Shown here: positions 48,011 through 60,399 of the stretch, in pieces
How positions within the stretch are numbered: position 1 is the first letter of the stretch
Layout: every line of letters begins with the position of its first letter
Assembly: GCA_032718475.1 (NCBI GenBank)
Contig: JAUCBJ010007224.1
Coordinates: 62,001-126,000 of the forward strand
Direction of reading: 5' to 3'
Origin: Nemertoderma westbladi
Taxonomy: Eukaryota > Animalia > Xenacoelomorpha
DNA: 64,000 nt
Notes under the pieces: generated by a model
What the model saw: the letters and a program-made list of their open reading frames with translations, nothing else
Database searches by the model: none
What the model was told of the DNA's origin: nothing
Made by a program: the position numbers and the translations under genes

Positions 48011-50966
48011 GAGGAGTATATGGTGTTCCCTCAGTTGGGTCGTCTCCCTCACTAGTATCATCTTCCCATTCACTCACCTGGCAGACGCGATCTTGAAGCA
48101 GTCTTTCTCTGAGCGTTCTACGGGAAGGTCCAGTAAGGTACCAACCTACTCTAGTTCTTACCGCATAGGTCTGAAGTGGTTGCGGTTGAGTAGGTCGTTT
48201 CTCTAATGTCTCCAGCGCCTCATGCGCGTTTTGACCGATTAATATTTGTACTCCAGGATAATCGGTGTCGAATCTAGGGATGTTAAGTTGTTGGGCATGA
48301 TCATCTTCGTCCCAATTATAAGGTTCCACTTGGGTGGTAGCGAAGTTCTTTATTGCCACCATTTTTACTGACCTTATACTGTATTCTCCTAGTTTATCCT
48401 GTGGAGTGGACAACTCACCTATATAATAGTCGGCAGCTACAGTAGAATTCCAAACCTGCATGATCCCTGACATGTTTAGCTTGGTTCGGAACTTGGGTTG
48501 TCCAGCAAAGATGACTTCGGCTAGTTCTTTATCGATGAATGTTCCTGTGCTACCGGAGTCCAGGAGGGCGTTCACTATATAGCTCTTCTGAGGTCCGTGG
48601 ACCCGTAACTGGACTACAGGAAATTCTCGGATTCCTATATTGGAAGTTGGCGCTTTCCAAGATGGTTGTTGATCTGAAGTAGTTAGGGTGAGGTCGCTGT
48701 CTGTGTCTTTCTCATACATGAGTGCTCGATACACTGCGGTGGTGTTTATTACGTAACAGGATTCGTTTTCGTCGGAGAACTCGTCCGTATAGAATCCTTC
48801 CATCTCAGATTGATCAGTGTCGTTCACATCACTGAATTGGACATGTAGTTCGGACTCACTTACCTGACTCGGGCTGTTTCGTTCGAATTCCGTGTGCAAC
48901 AAGATATGATGTTTTGCGCCGCACTTTGCACACCTTGCGTCGGAGTAACAGGTTCGCCGTTGGTGTCCTCGTCTGAGGCAATTATAACACAACCGCTTAT
49001 CCCACATGACTTCACGTCTATCCTTTAGTGATTTCCTCAGGAATTTATCACACGCATTTAAACGATGGGGCCCGTCGCACAGCACACATTTCGGCTTGAT
49101 GTTACTTACTTTAACCTGTGCTATGTGGTGCACACTTGTTCTTTCCTCGGGCTTTCTCACCTGAATTCTTTTAGGAGACGTAAGAAGGGTTTTTTGTACC
49201 GGTTCCCTTCTGTCATTGGGTCGAGACTCGGATTTACTTACCTGATCTTTAGGCATTTTATTAACATAATAAGATCTGTCAGTGTCTTTCCCGCTGTCCT
49301 CTCCTTGAGAAGTTTGGCTTTCACCGTCGTCGGTATAACATACTGGTGTTACCCTTCTCCTAGAAATGGGTTTCTCACTTACCTTACTTTCCGCTGTCTT
49401 CTCTCTGGACTGCTTTATGAGCTGTAATTTCACCTCGCTATCCAAGAATGACATGAGATCAGCCATGGTAGGGTCTCGTTGTTGTTGTTCCATCATATAT
49501 AACACCTTCTTGTCCCAGCGTGTACCTACTCCACCCTTGGGCAAAGTAGATGCTAAGGCTCCTACAACCATAGAATTCTGGTATTCATGAGACTTACCTA
49601 ACCAATCTAGTTGTCTACAGATCTCCTGAATCTCATCGGAAAACTCTATAATCCCGCTGCTAAGAAACTTTCGGGGCGCCATTAATTTCGCATATAAATA
49701 CCTAGCTATGTTAGTCCTATTACCATACCTGATGTTTAGTGTATCCCAAACTTGTCTTAATCCATCTGGATGTCCAATAAATTTTAACGCCATTGACTTG
49801 GGAGGTCCTTCCAAACATTCGATGAGGAATCTAAGTTTCTCTCCGTTAGATAGTACAGAGTTCTGTATGTTATCTTTGTAATATTCATTAAAAGGTAACC
49901 ATTTCATCTCATCTCCATTGAACTTGACGATCTCTCCAACCTTTACCGCTTGTCGGGCTTCGGTTCTAGCCATTTGGCGTGTAAAACTTTCTTGAGCCAT
50001 CGCATTATCGAATAGAGAATTATCGGTATATAAGTTTCTCGGATTATTATCAAGTCTAGATGAGATATCATTATCAACAGGTTTATAATTACCCTTAATA
50101 GGGTTCACTATAGGAGTTTCTATTTCGCTAGCAGTATAGATGCGTGTAGGCTCCACACCTTGCGCATGGGATACTTCAGACCTAACGGGTTGACACATTG
50201 TTACAGGGGGTGGTGGTATACCCTTTTGTAAATTGACTAATTTATCGCGTTCTAACGCGATACTTTGCTGCACCTTTTGCAACTCTAACCTACTTTCCCT
50301 TACTGTTCCCTTGAGTTGCTGAACAGTCTCTTCCATTTCCCGGACCTGCTGAGAGGAGAACAAACAGTGTTCCCTCAGCTGCTCGAGCAGGAGACCCATC
50401 TCCCGTCGTCCCTCAGCTACCCACTCAACCGCCGAAGCGGGAGTCGCCAACGTTGTAGCGGGCGAGCGAGAGACGACGGGCGATAAATTCTTAATATCTC
50501 GCTCGGCGTCCAGGATGGGTTCGGACTCGGGAACAGTCCTACTGGGCACAGGTAGTTTAGTACTGTGCAAAGGGAATCTAGAGGTGGTTTCTGGGAGCAC
50601 AGGTGTCTCTAGCACCGAAGGGGTGTCTTCGAGAACAGGCCTAATTATTTCAGGCTCATCTGTTATAGTAGGGAGTCTTTCTACTGTAATAATTTGGTCT
50701 GTGGATTCTGTACCACAGAGAGTTCTGTAATACGCTAGATAGTCTGCACTATCCAGATGCATTCTCACCTCAGGAGGTACCCTCCGCTTGAGCATCCGTC
50801 TACGTCCGCTTGAACGAGATTTATTACCTCTACCTTCGGGATCTCTTATATCACCTTCATCGGAGGAGGCAAATCCCTGTCTTCCGATTTGTCTCCTCAA
50901 GTCTGCTTCTGCCACTGCCTCTGCCGCTTTTCTTTCCGCTTCTGCTGTTGCCATTGCCTCTGCCAC
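47982..50966 (-). CDS. gag: BEL/Pao Gag-protease
   Basis: Coiled coil, DUF1759-like KFNGDEMKW..EKLRFL, three zinc knuckles (CVLC..H..C, CYNC..H..C, CAKC..HH..H), protease ALLDSGS and AVRTRVGW. Confidence 0.9.
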   Translation of the reverse strand: MAEAMATAEAERKAAEAVAEADLRRQIGRQGFASSDEGDIRDPEGRGNKSRSSGRRRMLKRRVPPEVRMHLDSADYLAYYRTLCGTESTDQIITVERLPTITDEPEIIRPVLEDTPSVLETPVLPETTSRFPLHSTKLPVPSRTVPESEPILDAERDIKNLSPVVSRSPATTLATPASAVEWVAEGRREMGLLLEQLREHCLFSSQQVREMEETVQQLKGTVRESRLELQKVQQSIALERDKLVNLQKGIPPPPVTMCQPVRSEVSHAQGVEPTRIYTASEIETPIVNPIKGNYKPVDNDISSRLDNNPRNLYTDNSLFDNAMAQESFTRQMARTEARQAVKVGEIVKFNGDEMKWLPFNEYYKDNIQNSVLSNGEKLRFLIECLEGPPKSMALKFIGHPDGLRQVWDTLNIRYGNRTNIARYLYAKLMAPRKFLSSGIIEFSDEIQEICRQLDWLGKSHEYQNSMVVGALASTLPKGGVGTRWDKKVLYMMEQQQRDPTMADLMSFLDSEVKLQLIKQSREKTAESKVSEKPISRRRVTPVCYTDDGESQTSQGEDSGKDTDRSYYVNKMPKDQVSKSESRPNDRREPVQKTLLTSPKRIQVRKPEERTSVHHIAQVKVSNIKPKCVLCDGPHRLNACDKFLRKSLKDRREVMWDKRLCYNCLRRGHQRRTCYSDARCAKCGAKHHILLHTEFERNSPSQVSESELHVQFSDVNDTDQSEMEGFYTDEFSDENESCYVINTTAVYRALMYEKDTDSDLTLTTSDQQPSWKAPTSNIGIREFPVVQLRVHGPQKSYIVNALLDSGSTGTFIDKELAEVIFAGQPKFRTKLNMSGIMQVWNSTVAADYYIGELSTPQDKLGEYSIRSVKMVAIKNFATTQVEPYNWDEDDHAQQLNIPRFDTDYPGVQILIGQNAHEALETLEKRPTQPQPLQTYAVRTRVGWYLTGPSRRTLRERLLQDRVCQVSEWEDDTSEGDDPTEGTPYTPQIMTILAPM

Positions 50967-52319
50967 CTTCCTTTCAAGACACTGTCCAAGTCTAATTTTG
51001 TTTGTACAGTTGAATGCCTACTGCTATATTACAGTTAAAGCAAGTCTAGTAATTCAGTATCACTGCTAGCCTAGTAATTAATTACCGATACTGCTACTCA
51101 GTGTAGTGTGATATATATAATATATTAGAATACCGGTATGCTTATAGTATATATAACTATATAAGTATTATTACAGACTAGGTTTATCACAGAATACCGG
51201 TATAATTTTAGCACAAATATATATAGATATATAATAGGCCTATCAGGGAATACCGGTATACAGCTTACAATTTGTAGTATATATAATTCTGGACTAGAAT
51301 TAATTACAAGTACCGGTATAATTTCAGCCTAAATTTATAGAAATAAAGATAATAGGCCTATCGTAAATACCGGTATATCAATTATTTTAAATAATTGAAT
51401 TTCTGAATTTTAGGGTTACTTGGTTACTTTACTTACTTTATTACCGTTATTTGAGCAGTAATCCAACTGATATTGAGACCTAATGGTTGTATGGTAGGCC
51501 TACTATTTATAAATCGTTAGATTTGATTTATAATATATATATACCCGTTTTAATGGGTTTTGTCAATGTTGAAATAAATGTTATTACTTCTGGGGAGTAA
51601 TCACTACACAAAGCGTTGCGCTTTCAGTGAAGTGTTACTTATAGGACACTAAAACAAATAATGCTAATTTACCTAAGTTACTTAATACTACAAATTACGT
51701 ACAATTCGGGTGAGATTACAATCTCTAAATAAACACAAAAAATTTACAAAAACACAAAATACGAATTTTTAGGGTAATTTTACAAGAAGTCTACAAACCA
51801 GCCTAACAAAGGGTTAGAATCTGGTTATTACAACGGACAGGGTACTACGGTATTTGAAAATAATAAGTAGTAGTAAATACACTGCGTTGTCCAGATAGGA
51901 AAATACAACCGCCTGACGACCTATAGCCGTATCGATATAGGTACTACGTTATGTATCACGGAGTGTCCCTACCTAGAAGTTAATAGAGCTAATCGAACGT
52001 GCCTATCAACCACTTTACAACACAAATATAATGTCTACACTAATTACTTTCGGAAAGTACTGTACACTAAACCCTAAATTAGCTACGAGTACTTGTACAA
52101 CATATAATCAGTAGTTAAATATACTTGAACAGCTAAAAGAACCACGGCATCTGCTGGAGTGACTGGTGCACAAAATCACCAGTCTTTACCTACGCCAAGC
52201 AGCCCGTGTAGTACCGGGGTTAATTTAACTATAGCGGTATGTATAACAAACACAATTACTGTAGGAACAAACTTGGGGAATGAATGTTGCGAATAATCGC
52301 ATAAACTCTGGTTAATAAA

Positions 52320-52885
52320 TATTACGCTACGCGTACAAACCACTCAAACAAAATGCAGACCAAATACCGACAGACTACCAACAAGCCTAAATAAACTACA
52401 GGACATGCAGACTCCGAAATGATTAGGTAGTATGCGTTCTAACCCAGTAGTATGACTTATTCTTTAGTTGGGGGTTTACCTTACAGCATTCGCTGCCCCT
52501 ACTTCCTAACCGTTCTTTATCGGACAAGTGATCTACACACACTGCAATCCGTTCAGACCTAATAACAGCCAGACAACTATCCAGCCTACAAATTATCTAA
52601 ATAATATTATACGCTACCCGTACAGACTTACACAAACAAAGTACAGACTAAACGATGGCAGACTACTCTCAAGCCTAAATAAACTACAGGACATGCAGAC
52701 TCCGAAATGATTAGGTAGTATGCGTTCTAACCCAGTAGTACGACTTATTCTTTAATTGGGGGTTTACCTTACAGCTTTTGCTGCCCCTACTTCCTAACCG
52801 TTCTTTATCGGACAGGTGATCTACACACACTGCAATCCGTTCAGACTTAACAGCAATCAGACAACAGCTCAGCCTACAAATTGTC
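52320..52885. repeat. 288-bp tandem duplication in the BEL leader
   Basis: AAGCCTAAATAAACTACAGGACATGCAG at 52383 and 52671, with long flanking identity. Confidence 0.9.
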
Positions 52886-53059
52886 TGTACAATCTGATCA
52901 GGCTTACACGCCTTCTGTTCAATATTGACCTACAAATAAATAAAACTGACAGAAATAGGCCTAAGTAAAATCCCAATAAAAACCAGGCGTCCCCGATTAA
53001 TTATTAAGACCTACCGGCTTATAATTATCAAAATCGAATAATACTAATGTACTTATACT

Positions 53060-53190
53060 GGAAGTACCAGTTAGGACAGTTGGGCCTACGGACCTACAGA
53101 AGTACCGGTTCTGGCAGTTGGACCTACGGGCCTACAGCAGTACCGGTTCTGGCAGTTGGGCCTACTGACCTACAGAAGTACCGGTTCAAG
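53060..53190. repeat. ~38-bp tandem repeat, about 3.5 copies
   Basis: GAAGTACCGGTTCTGGCAGTTGGGCCTACNGACCTACA-type units. Confidence 0.85.
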
Positions 53191-53312
53191 TTTACCGGTT
53201 GACCGGTATTTTCAACTTTATTGCTTACTGCAATAAAGAAGCTATATCCGTTATTGTTCTTACCAGAACAATATTAAACTATATTTAATCCCTACACTGC
53301 AATACAGACTAA

Positions 53313-53323
53313 ATATCCGTTAT
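53313..53323 (-). promoter_or_regulatory. Non-tRNA PBS candidate, complementary to the element's own LTR
   Basis: Minus-strand ATAACGGATAT abuts the 5' LTR; its exact complement lies on the same strand at 54053-54063. Confidence 0.55.
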
Positions 53324-54570
53324 TGTTCGCGCTTTCAGACCTTTGGCAGTTTAACCCGCCAAATTAGGATGTCTTCTAGATAATAAATCGCTTTAGCCTC
53401 TAACAAGTATTTGATTCACTACACTAGTTGAAACCAATCTGTGCGCGATCATTCACCCGTTGGATATACTCGGGAGATTGATTTCGACAGCTTAATCGTA
53501 TTGCTATGTAAGCCTAATGTATTATTCGACTGACAGTATTATATAATCTCTGACAATATTATTCACCTTTGGGGAATATTAACAGTTCCTTTAGGACGTG
53601 GCGCTCTATCTATATAAACAGAGTTATGACTTAAACTACTCACAACGATATGGCTCAGTTACAATTCACATATATGGCGCATTCTTTAGGAAATGCTTCG
53701 TTATCAGTCTCACTCATACACAATGCTGCACAATACTGCACACTGATCTGCCGATCTTCACTGATTTTAGTCACATATAAAAGGAACACGGACCGAATCA
53801 TGTAGGGTCTATCAAATAAAATTAGATTCACTTCAAACCACTCAACATAGTTCGCAATCATTTATCTGTAACCTTTCTCTCTTACCTTCGGTATATCAAG
53901 AATATTGGGTTTCCGGGGTTATTTGTCGTTATTCCAAATATAATAATTCATCAACCATATTATGAAGAACTGACAGTAAATAGCAGTATAACAATATAAA
54001 AGTATGCACAGTGTTACACAGTATGCAGTGTATGCAGTACTGCAGTATGCAGATAACGGATATATGTCCTTATAATTAAGCCTACTAGTGTAAGGCTAAA
54101 GCAGATTAGCACAAAATACTCCAAAGCCGTTCTTCCTGGCTTAGAATAACCAACACTGAACACTGATAAGAATAACTATAAGAATACCAGCTACCCTTAT
54201 TCTACAAAGATCTCACCCACCACAGAGAATGAGCATACAGATAGGAAATTCAGTTCAGTAGATCTGTGATAGGTCAAAATCAAAACCAACTCAAATCCTA
54301 TTGGCAGATACAGAAAGCAGGGCTATGGGGCAACGTGGCAATATCAGCCGTTAGCCGTCGTCATGGTAGCGACACTGTTTTCAAGAGTATCGAGCTTTTT
54401 ACGTCACGAAATTGTAGATTATGTCCTCTAAAGTACAAATACAGAAGAAATGGCTTTTATGTCCTCCAAAACACCAGTACAGCAAGGACACGGCCTTTTT
54501 ATGCCTGGTAAACCAACCACAGAGTACTTTACGGGGATAATAACCGGCTAATTACGCAAAAGCTTTTACA
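53324..54570 (-). repeat. 5' LTR
   Basis: Direct repeat of 43249-44495. Confidence 0.95.
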
Positions 54571-54575
54571 ATGTT

Positions 54576-55740
54576 TCTAATGAAATCTTTTAGAAGGGGA
54601 ATTACAATAGGTCGAATTTGCACCATCCTATTGTCGCCATCTATCCAAGCACCAGTGACCCGATTGGTCTGCGTTCCTGGGTGGAGTAATTCGCGCAAAC
54701 CAGGTTAAGTACAACTTCAGTGAGTTTACAAACACTAACAAAGGTGTCCGTAGGGAGAACACTGATATTTTGTCTATGCTTATCTTTACAGCTTTTCTAT
54801 CCAGAATCATCAGTTCCTGGATTTGGGTAAACTGTCACTCAGGTAGCAATTGCATCAAATCCTGATGTACCCTAACTGCTTCCAGGAAGTCACCAACCGC
54901 CCCTCCATCTGCTGGTACTGCTGGTCCCCTGTAACGTTTTTCGATCATATATCCATGGCGAAGATCGATATCCATAACAACTGTTGGTGTGTAAATCGAA
55001 TCTATATTTGAAACTGTCAGAGGGAATTCCAATAATAGCCATTGTGCTTCTGGACAACCAAGAGATCTTACTTGCTGTGTTATTTGTTTGGATTCCTGTT
55101 GTTGGTCTTTATTTTCTTTATTAATATGTTGGCCGGTTATTTTAATATTTTAATATTCCTGGGCTGTGACTTTAATGGCATCCTGTTTATTCCCAGAAGT
55201 TAAATACAGGCTGCATTTCTCATCCGAACCATCTTCATATTTAGTGACGTAATCCGCTGAGGTATGGTGATCCGTTAATAAAGCATTGTCATTTGATTGA
55301 TGCAATGCAAACAATGAAGGAAAACATGGAGAAAATGCCTCATCTCCATCGGTTGGATACGTATGTCGACCAGCAACTAGAGGGGGGAGAAGTCTGATGG
55401 GTCTACCTCACCGGGGATCTCGTTCAGCTAAGATAAGCCAGATAAGCTTCTAGGGCCTCATTCGAATGTTTCAGTGGAATGATGTCATAGCTGTATCCTT
55501 CCTGCGTACTAGTTTTACGGTACCTACATACTCTTCTTTTGACACCTGGCCCCTTCCACAGAGCAGCTATGTACTTGTTTTTTTATATTTGACAATATTT
55601 GTTCCAGTTGTTCCCTGTCTCTTATTATACCTAACTGATGTGGTCAATGTCGCCTAGAGGTTTTTCGTGCGACTTTTCAATGTACTAAATTATGTATTCA
55701 TGGGCTCGCTGGTTGGCACGAGTATATAGCATCATGGCTG
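54576..55740 (-). pseudogene. Helitron Rep-region remnant (probably continues at 42880-43243)
   Basis: Manual translation gives DYVTKYEDGSDEK and VRSLGCPEAQWLLLEFPLTVSN, a YxxKY motif with its usual downstream helix. Confidence 0.6.
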
Positions 55741-56554
55741 ACTGAGTTATTGAATGTTGTAATTCAGGAGAATCTACAGCAGCTGATAGTAGCTTTTGCA
55801 CCTGCTTCCAAATAGGTGCAACTCCTGGATGCGTATCCATGTCGATAGTATGTGTATAAAAATATGTTGGAGGACCTTTTTGTTAGCAAGAACATTCGAT
55901 AATTCCAACACATTTCTATCACTATCAGTTTGATCAAAATTAAGTTGGCATTTGGCTTTGATGTTTGGAATGGTGGAGGACTTGCTAAGAAGGGCACCGA
56001 GCCCTCGTTTCATAACATATCTCAAGTCCATATATTGTAAATTGCAGTTCATCAGGGCATTGAATACAAAGACAAGGTAATTCGGATCAGTAGATGTAAG
56101 TGAATGGCCACTTAACAGGCCACCCACCAAGGGTGCGGTTCAGGTGATTCTTCCGGATTTACATTACTTTCACTATCTAACAAGTGATCTGTAGCTTCTG
56201 TTGGAGGTCTGGGAGTTACAAGAACATTCAATGATGACATTTGATCCCAATGTCTACTACACATAGCCGCTGTACATTCCCCTCTCTGGGCATCTATGAG
56301 TTGACTTTTTATTACAAAGTGCATTTGTCAGCAACAAAGTACAGCAAAGATAGCCCGAACCACGGAAATCTTTCGTTAGGGGATACAAATGTTTTTGGCA
56401 CTTTGTTTGGATTTCCTCCCATGTACTTACTGTAGGTAATCATCCTGCACCTTTGATTGTATATTGGTGATGGATTTACAATAGTAAGCGTCCACTTTCT
56501 ATTTATCAACACAGTATCTGCGTGAGTAGCTCTCTGCGGGATTATAGATTATAG

Positions 56555-57960
56555 GGCGTCGGTGTTATAGAATGGTTGAAGGAATCAGCGAAATACTTAT
56601 GTATGCATCCGCCCTTCCTCATAAACTGTATGTCCCTCTCCGAGACGTAATGGGTGTCGCTTTAGAGTCCTAGACACTATATCGCCATCGGTGATGAAAC
56701 ATGTTGACCGATGATTCTATAGCCAAATAATATTGTAGGATTATCCGTGGAGGCGAGATAATCGCCCAATATACGCACCCTCTCCATTTCAACTGTGGGT
56801 CGATTACGCAAAAAGTGGCCAAAATTGTGTCAGACGTAATTTCGCCATTCCATGAGCCATAACTCAGCAGAAAATAACCCAAACCATATAAACCTAAATA
56901 TATTCCGATAGAGCGAATTTTCGCACATTTTGTGGCATTGGTTTTAAGCAATTTGACATATATTTTCCTTGGATTACAAGCACGAAATGGACATATGATG
57001 CGATGTCCGATGCTAAGTTTTTGAGATACAAACGATCATAACCAAATGTCAGTAAGAGATACTTCCAGTAAACTATATATCAGCTTAAAGCTTATTTCAT
57101 GATCTACAATCCAGTACTAGTCGTTACTGGGGTACACTTCTTTATAGTTTTGTTTTTGGAGGAATGAAAAATGCTACATGTTCGTTTTTATAAATTTTTT
57201 AGGTGTTGTAACGCTTGTTTTTGAAACATAACTCTTTATTGTGAAATGTGTTTGTTTCAAGGTAAGTATTTTCCGAAAGATCATTTTTTTGGCTATCCAT
57301 ACATATACGAATGAACGTTAATCGATAAGTCCAGCAGAAATTATGCCAAAAAGTTTGCCAAGTAGTTTTTTAACGTCATTGGAAATGTCCATCTTGTAAC
57401 GCCCTTATTTTTGCTCTAACTTTTCTTCCACAAATCGGATTCACTTAATGTAAAGTTCATTTATACCGCTTCTGAAAGCGCTATCTAATGATATACAAGG
57501 TCAAGCTTTCACGTTAACTTAATGAGATTGCTAAGCATGTCCACAGTTGTCCTGCATGTAACGGTATGTTACATAACGGTACCCATTGTAACGCTGTCTC
57601 ACTTGTAAAGCATGCACAGAAAGATGTAACGCAAATAAACTGTCGTTACAAATGAGACATAACGCATGTTTAAACAAGGAAATTTATATGAGATAAAGCG
57701 TTACCGACGAGACATACGTTTTTCGTCCATAACTTTTTTACTATTGGTAGAAAAAATAAACCACTATGAAATTTGAAATTAGCACGCTAAGGGCTTTTAG
57801 AATATGTATGATTTGATAGGGTTTGAGAAATTTTATTTTTTATTTTTTTAACCTGGAATTTGGCCATTTTTTGCGTAATCGACCCTGTGATTCAAACCTG
57901 TTGATGTTAGGGGTAGCTCCTTCTCCATATACGTCCGTATATTTGCTCCTCTTACTCTCC
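56555..57960 (-). pseudogene. Decayed paralog of the N-terminal part of the 4627-6615 ORF, split by a MITE
   Basis: VYGEGATP..FESQ | LKWRGCVYWAIISPPRIILQYYLAIESSVN..SRTLKRHPL.LGEGHT..FLQPFYNTDA, with stops and a frameshift. Confidence 0.9.
56797..57885. mobile_element. Complete 1089-bp non-autonomous TIR element (PIF/Harbinger-like)
   Basis: ~29-bp TIRs GGGTCGATTACGCAAAAARTGGCCAAA, TSD TGT; the empty site is visible in the paralog at 6546-6556. Confidence 0.9.
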
Positions 57961-59599
57961 TTATAATCCCAACTTAGGTATGAGATATAGCTGGTTCCAG
58001 TTTTGAGCGTGTTATACTCCACGTGGGTTTGTCTGAGTTCTCAATTACCAAATATTCAAGTTTATTGAGTTTATTAAGTTTATTGAGTTTATATTAAGTT
58101 TATTCAAGTACTGCGTGCCGTGCCAGTAGCAGAAAGCTGCCTGTGCAATTACTTTGGACTCAGGCAGGTGAGTCAAACTGTAAGGCCTACAGAGCTAACC
58201 AGTACTGTACCACCAGTACATCAAATCACCAAATTATAGAGTGTGCTATTGGCACCTAGTATATTTACTTGCGCATACTGACAAACAGCATCAGCTCGCA
58301 CCTACAAGAGATACAGGTTGACCCGGGTTTTTCCTGTCTGAATCTGAGATATTTGGTCCTAAATTTTATGGCGTCCCAGGACGGCGTCACGCTTCACCCT
58401 GATCTAAGGAACTTACGGCGGGCAATGGCAGCCTTCATCATGATCTTCTCCATGTGGGCATATCCTGGCACTAATAAAAGTTTATTCACCCATTCAGGAT
58501 GGTCACTAAGCAAGTTTAAGGCAAGGGACATAGGACTCCCATCCATTACCATAGCCACCCACTCCCTACTGCAGCTCGGGTCACAGACACCACTATTTTG
58601 CATTGTCCTCTCCATTATAGACTCCACAGCAGCATACGAGCTCGGATCGCCTTCAATGGGTGAATGGACCTGTACATCCGTAAACAGTGGACCAGGGGTG
58701 GCTTCAATGGTGCCTCGATCCTCCAACAATGATATGAGTCTTTCATACGTTTTGTCATTGAATATCGTTGATTATGACTTGAGGTGACCCTTCAGGACAG
58801 ATAATTCCGACAGGACAAACAGGGAATGAATCGAACTAAACAATGTTTTGTTTTGGTTCAAAAATGAGTCTAGTGTGCTATCTAATTTTTCTCCAAGCTC
58901 TAAATGTTTCATGTTCATCTGTTGGTATTTATGTTTTGGTGGGTGATTAATCGAAAGGACGGTTGTGACCTTTGATACAGGTAGCGGTAGATGTTTTTGA
59001 TTATATACATGGTACGTTTTACCAACAAACTGCATGTTGTCAATTAGTACTGAAATATCTCCATCCCCAAATGATTGTTGAGTATTTGCTGAATATTTCA
59101 GCATCCTAGTTACCGTCATGTAACTGAGTAACACACTACATTCTCCAAAGTTGCTAGTTTACCATTATATTTGGAGTGTATAGAAGATAATATAAGTTCA
59201 TATAATTTGACAGCAATAGTTTTAGATCTTTTCGTTTTAGAGGTCGTCAAATCTTTATTGTCCACACCAGTCAGGTCATACAAAAAATCCCGCACGTCAC
59301 CTTCCCGAATCACCTTGTCTGGATCATATTCCAACAAATCATTTAAATCGTAGCGCGATCTGCTCAACTGGGTGGCACAAATTTCTCGCAGCTTGCTTCC
59401 TGGTGATTTAGATCCAGCAGCCACGGTATTATTACAGGTGGTGACTGGAGGGGATTGTGATACAGTAGAAAATATGCTATCAACGAAATTACAGAAACAA
59501 ATAGCTCAACAAGATCTTGTAGATCCCTTCTTTATCATTTAATTTAATCTAATCACACCAATAGTTTAGGCACATATTATGCCAATTTTAGCCAATTTG

Positions 59600-59830
59600 T
59601 TGGATAATCTACATATTCAAATTGTACAGGCACGAAGTAAAGGAAATTTCTTAATATTGGGTGATTTAAACGGACAAATGGGAACAAGGAAGACGACACC
59701 GCATATACTGTAAGTCACAACATTATTGGGCAATACAATCTGACAGATATCAACCAAAATGGAAAAATACTGCTGGACTTCTACCAGGCTTCCAATATAG
59801 CCATAGCAAATACATTCTCCAGACATAAAG
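59600..59830 (+). pseudogene. LINE apurinic-endonuclease fragment (RTE-like)
   Basis: FLILGDLNGQMG and INQNGKILLDFYQASNIAIANTF. Confidence 0.75.
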
Positions 59831-60399
59831 GTACTATTGCATATTGTTTGAAGTAGTTTTTGGTCTGTATTGACATGAAAATGATCAGCACCATGTAATT
59901 ACAGTTTGCATCTCTCAGCTGCCCACAGAATAGCCAATAACCCTTGCTCACAAACAGCCCACCTCGTTTCAGCATCATTCAAAAATCGTGATCCACATAT
60001 GATGATCATGCATCATATAGAAACCAAGGCTGTTTTTTCATTTTTTTTTTAAGCCTGTTATAACGTCATTAAATCCAAATAGTTGTCCCCATCATCACAT
60101 TTGATATTGTTTGGTATTCGGATGGGATCCAGTGTTTAAAATCAATATATTAGAATCAACTCCACTTTACAATTTTTTCATGAAAGAGGGATTGGCTGAT
60201 AATAATAAAGACGGTGAGGGATTGTCTGATAATAATAAAGACAGTGAGGGATTGTCTGATAATGATGGACTATGCGATATAGACATTGGTCTGGAATTGT
60301 TTGATAAATACAATTTTGGAGGGGGAACTTGTGATATTATTGACTTTGGTGACGATGATTTTGGAGGATGATTTTTTTTACTTTACTTTACTTTTTTTG

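Larger units (their letters stand above)
43249..54570 (-). mobile_element. Young non-autonomous BEL/Pao LTR element (11.3 kb; gag-protease only)
   Basis: Two 1247-bp LTRs with TG..CA ends and about 5 differences seen; TSD ATGTT (43244-43248 and 54571-54575); PPT-like GGGAGCGG on the minus strand at 44496-44503. Confidence 0.95.
55745..59450 (-). pseudogene. Fragmented DDE transposase, Academ/DUF6589-like (pieces ~58300-59450 and ~55745-56510)
   Basis: Motifs LIDNMQ, VMDGSP and LLVPGYAHMEK in collinear broken ORFs. The family assignment is from memory of motifs only. Confidence 0.4.

Noticed and set aside
54795-54820. CTGATGA on the minus strand followed by a short hairpin
   Set aside because: No GAAA or stem I/III arrangement. 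Other CTGATGA hits (near 28954, 37608, 39436, 56049 and 61556) also lack hammerhead structure.
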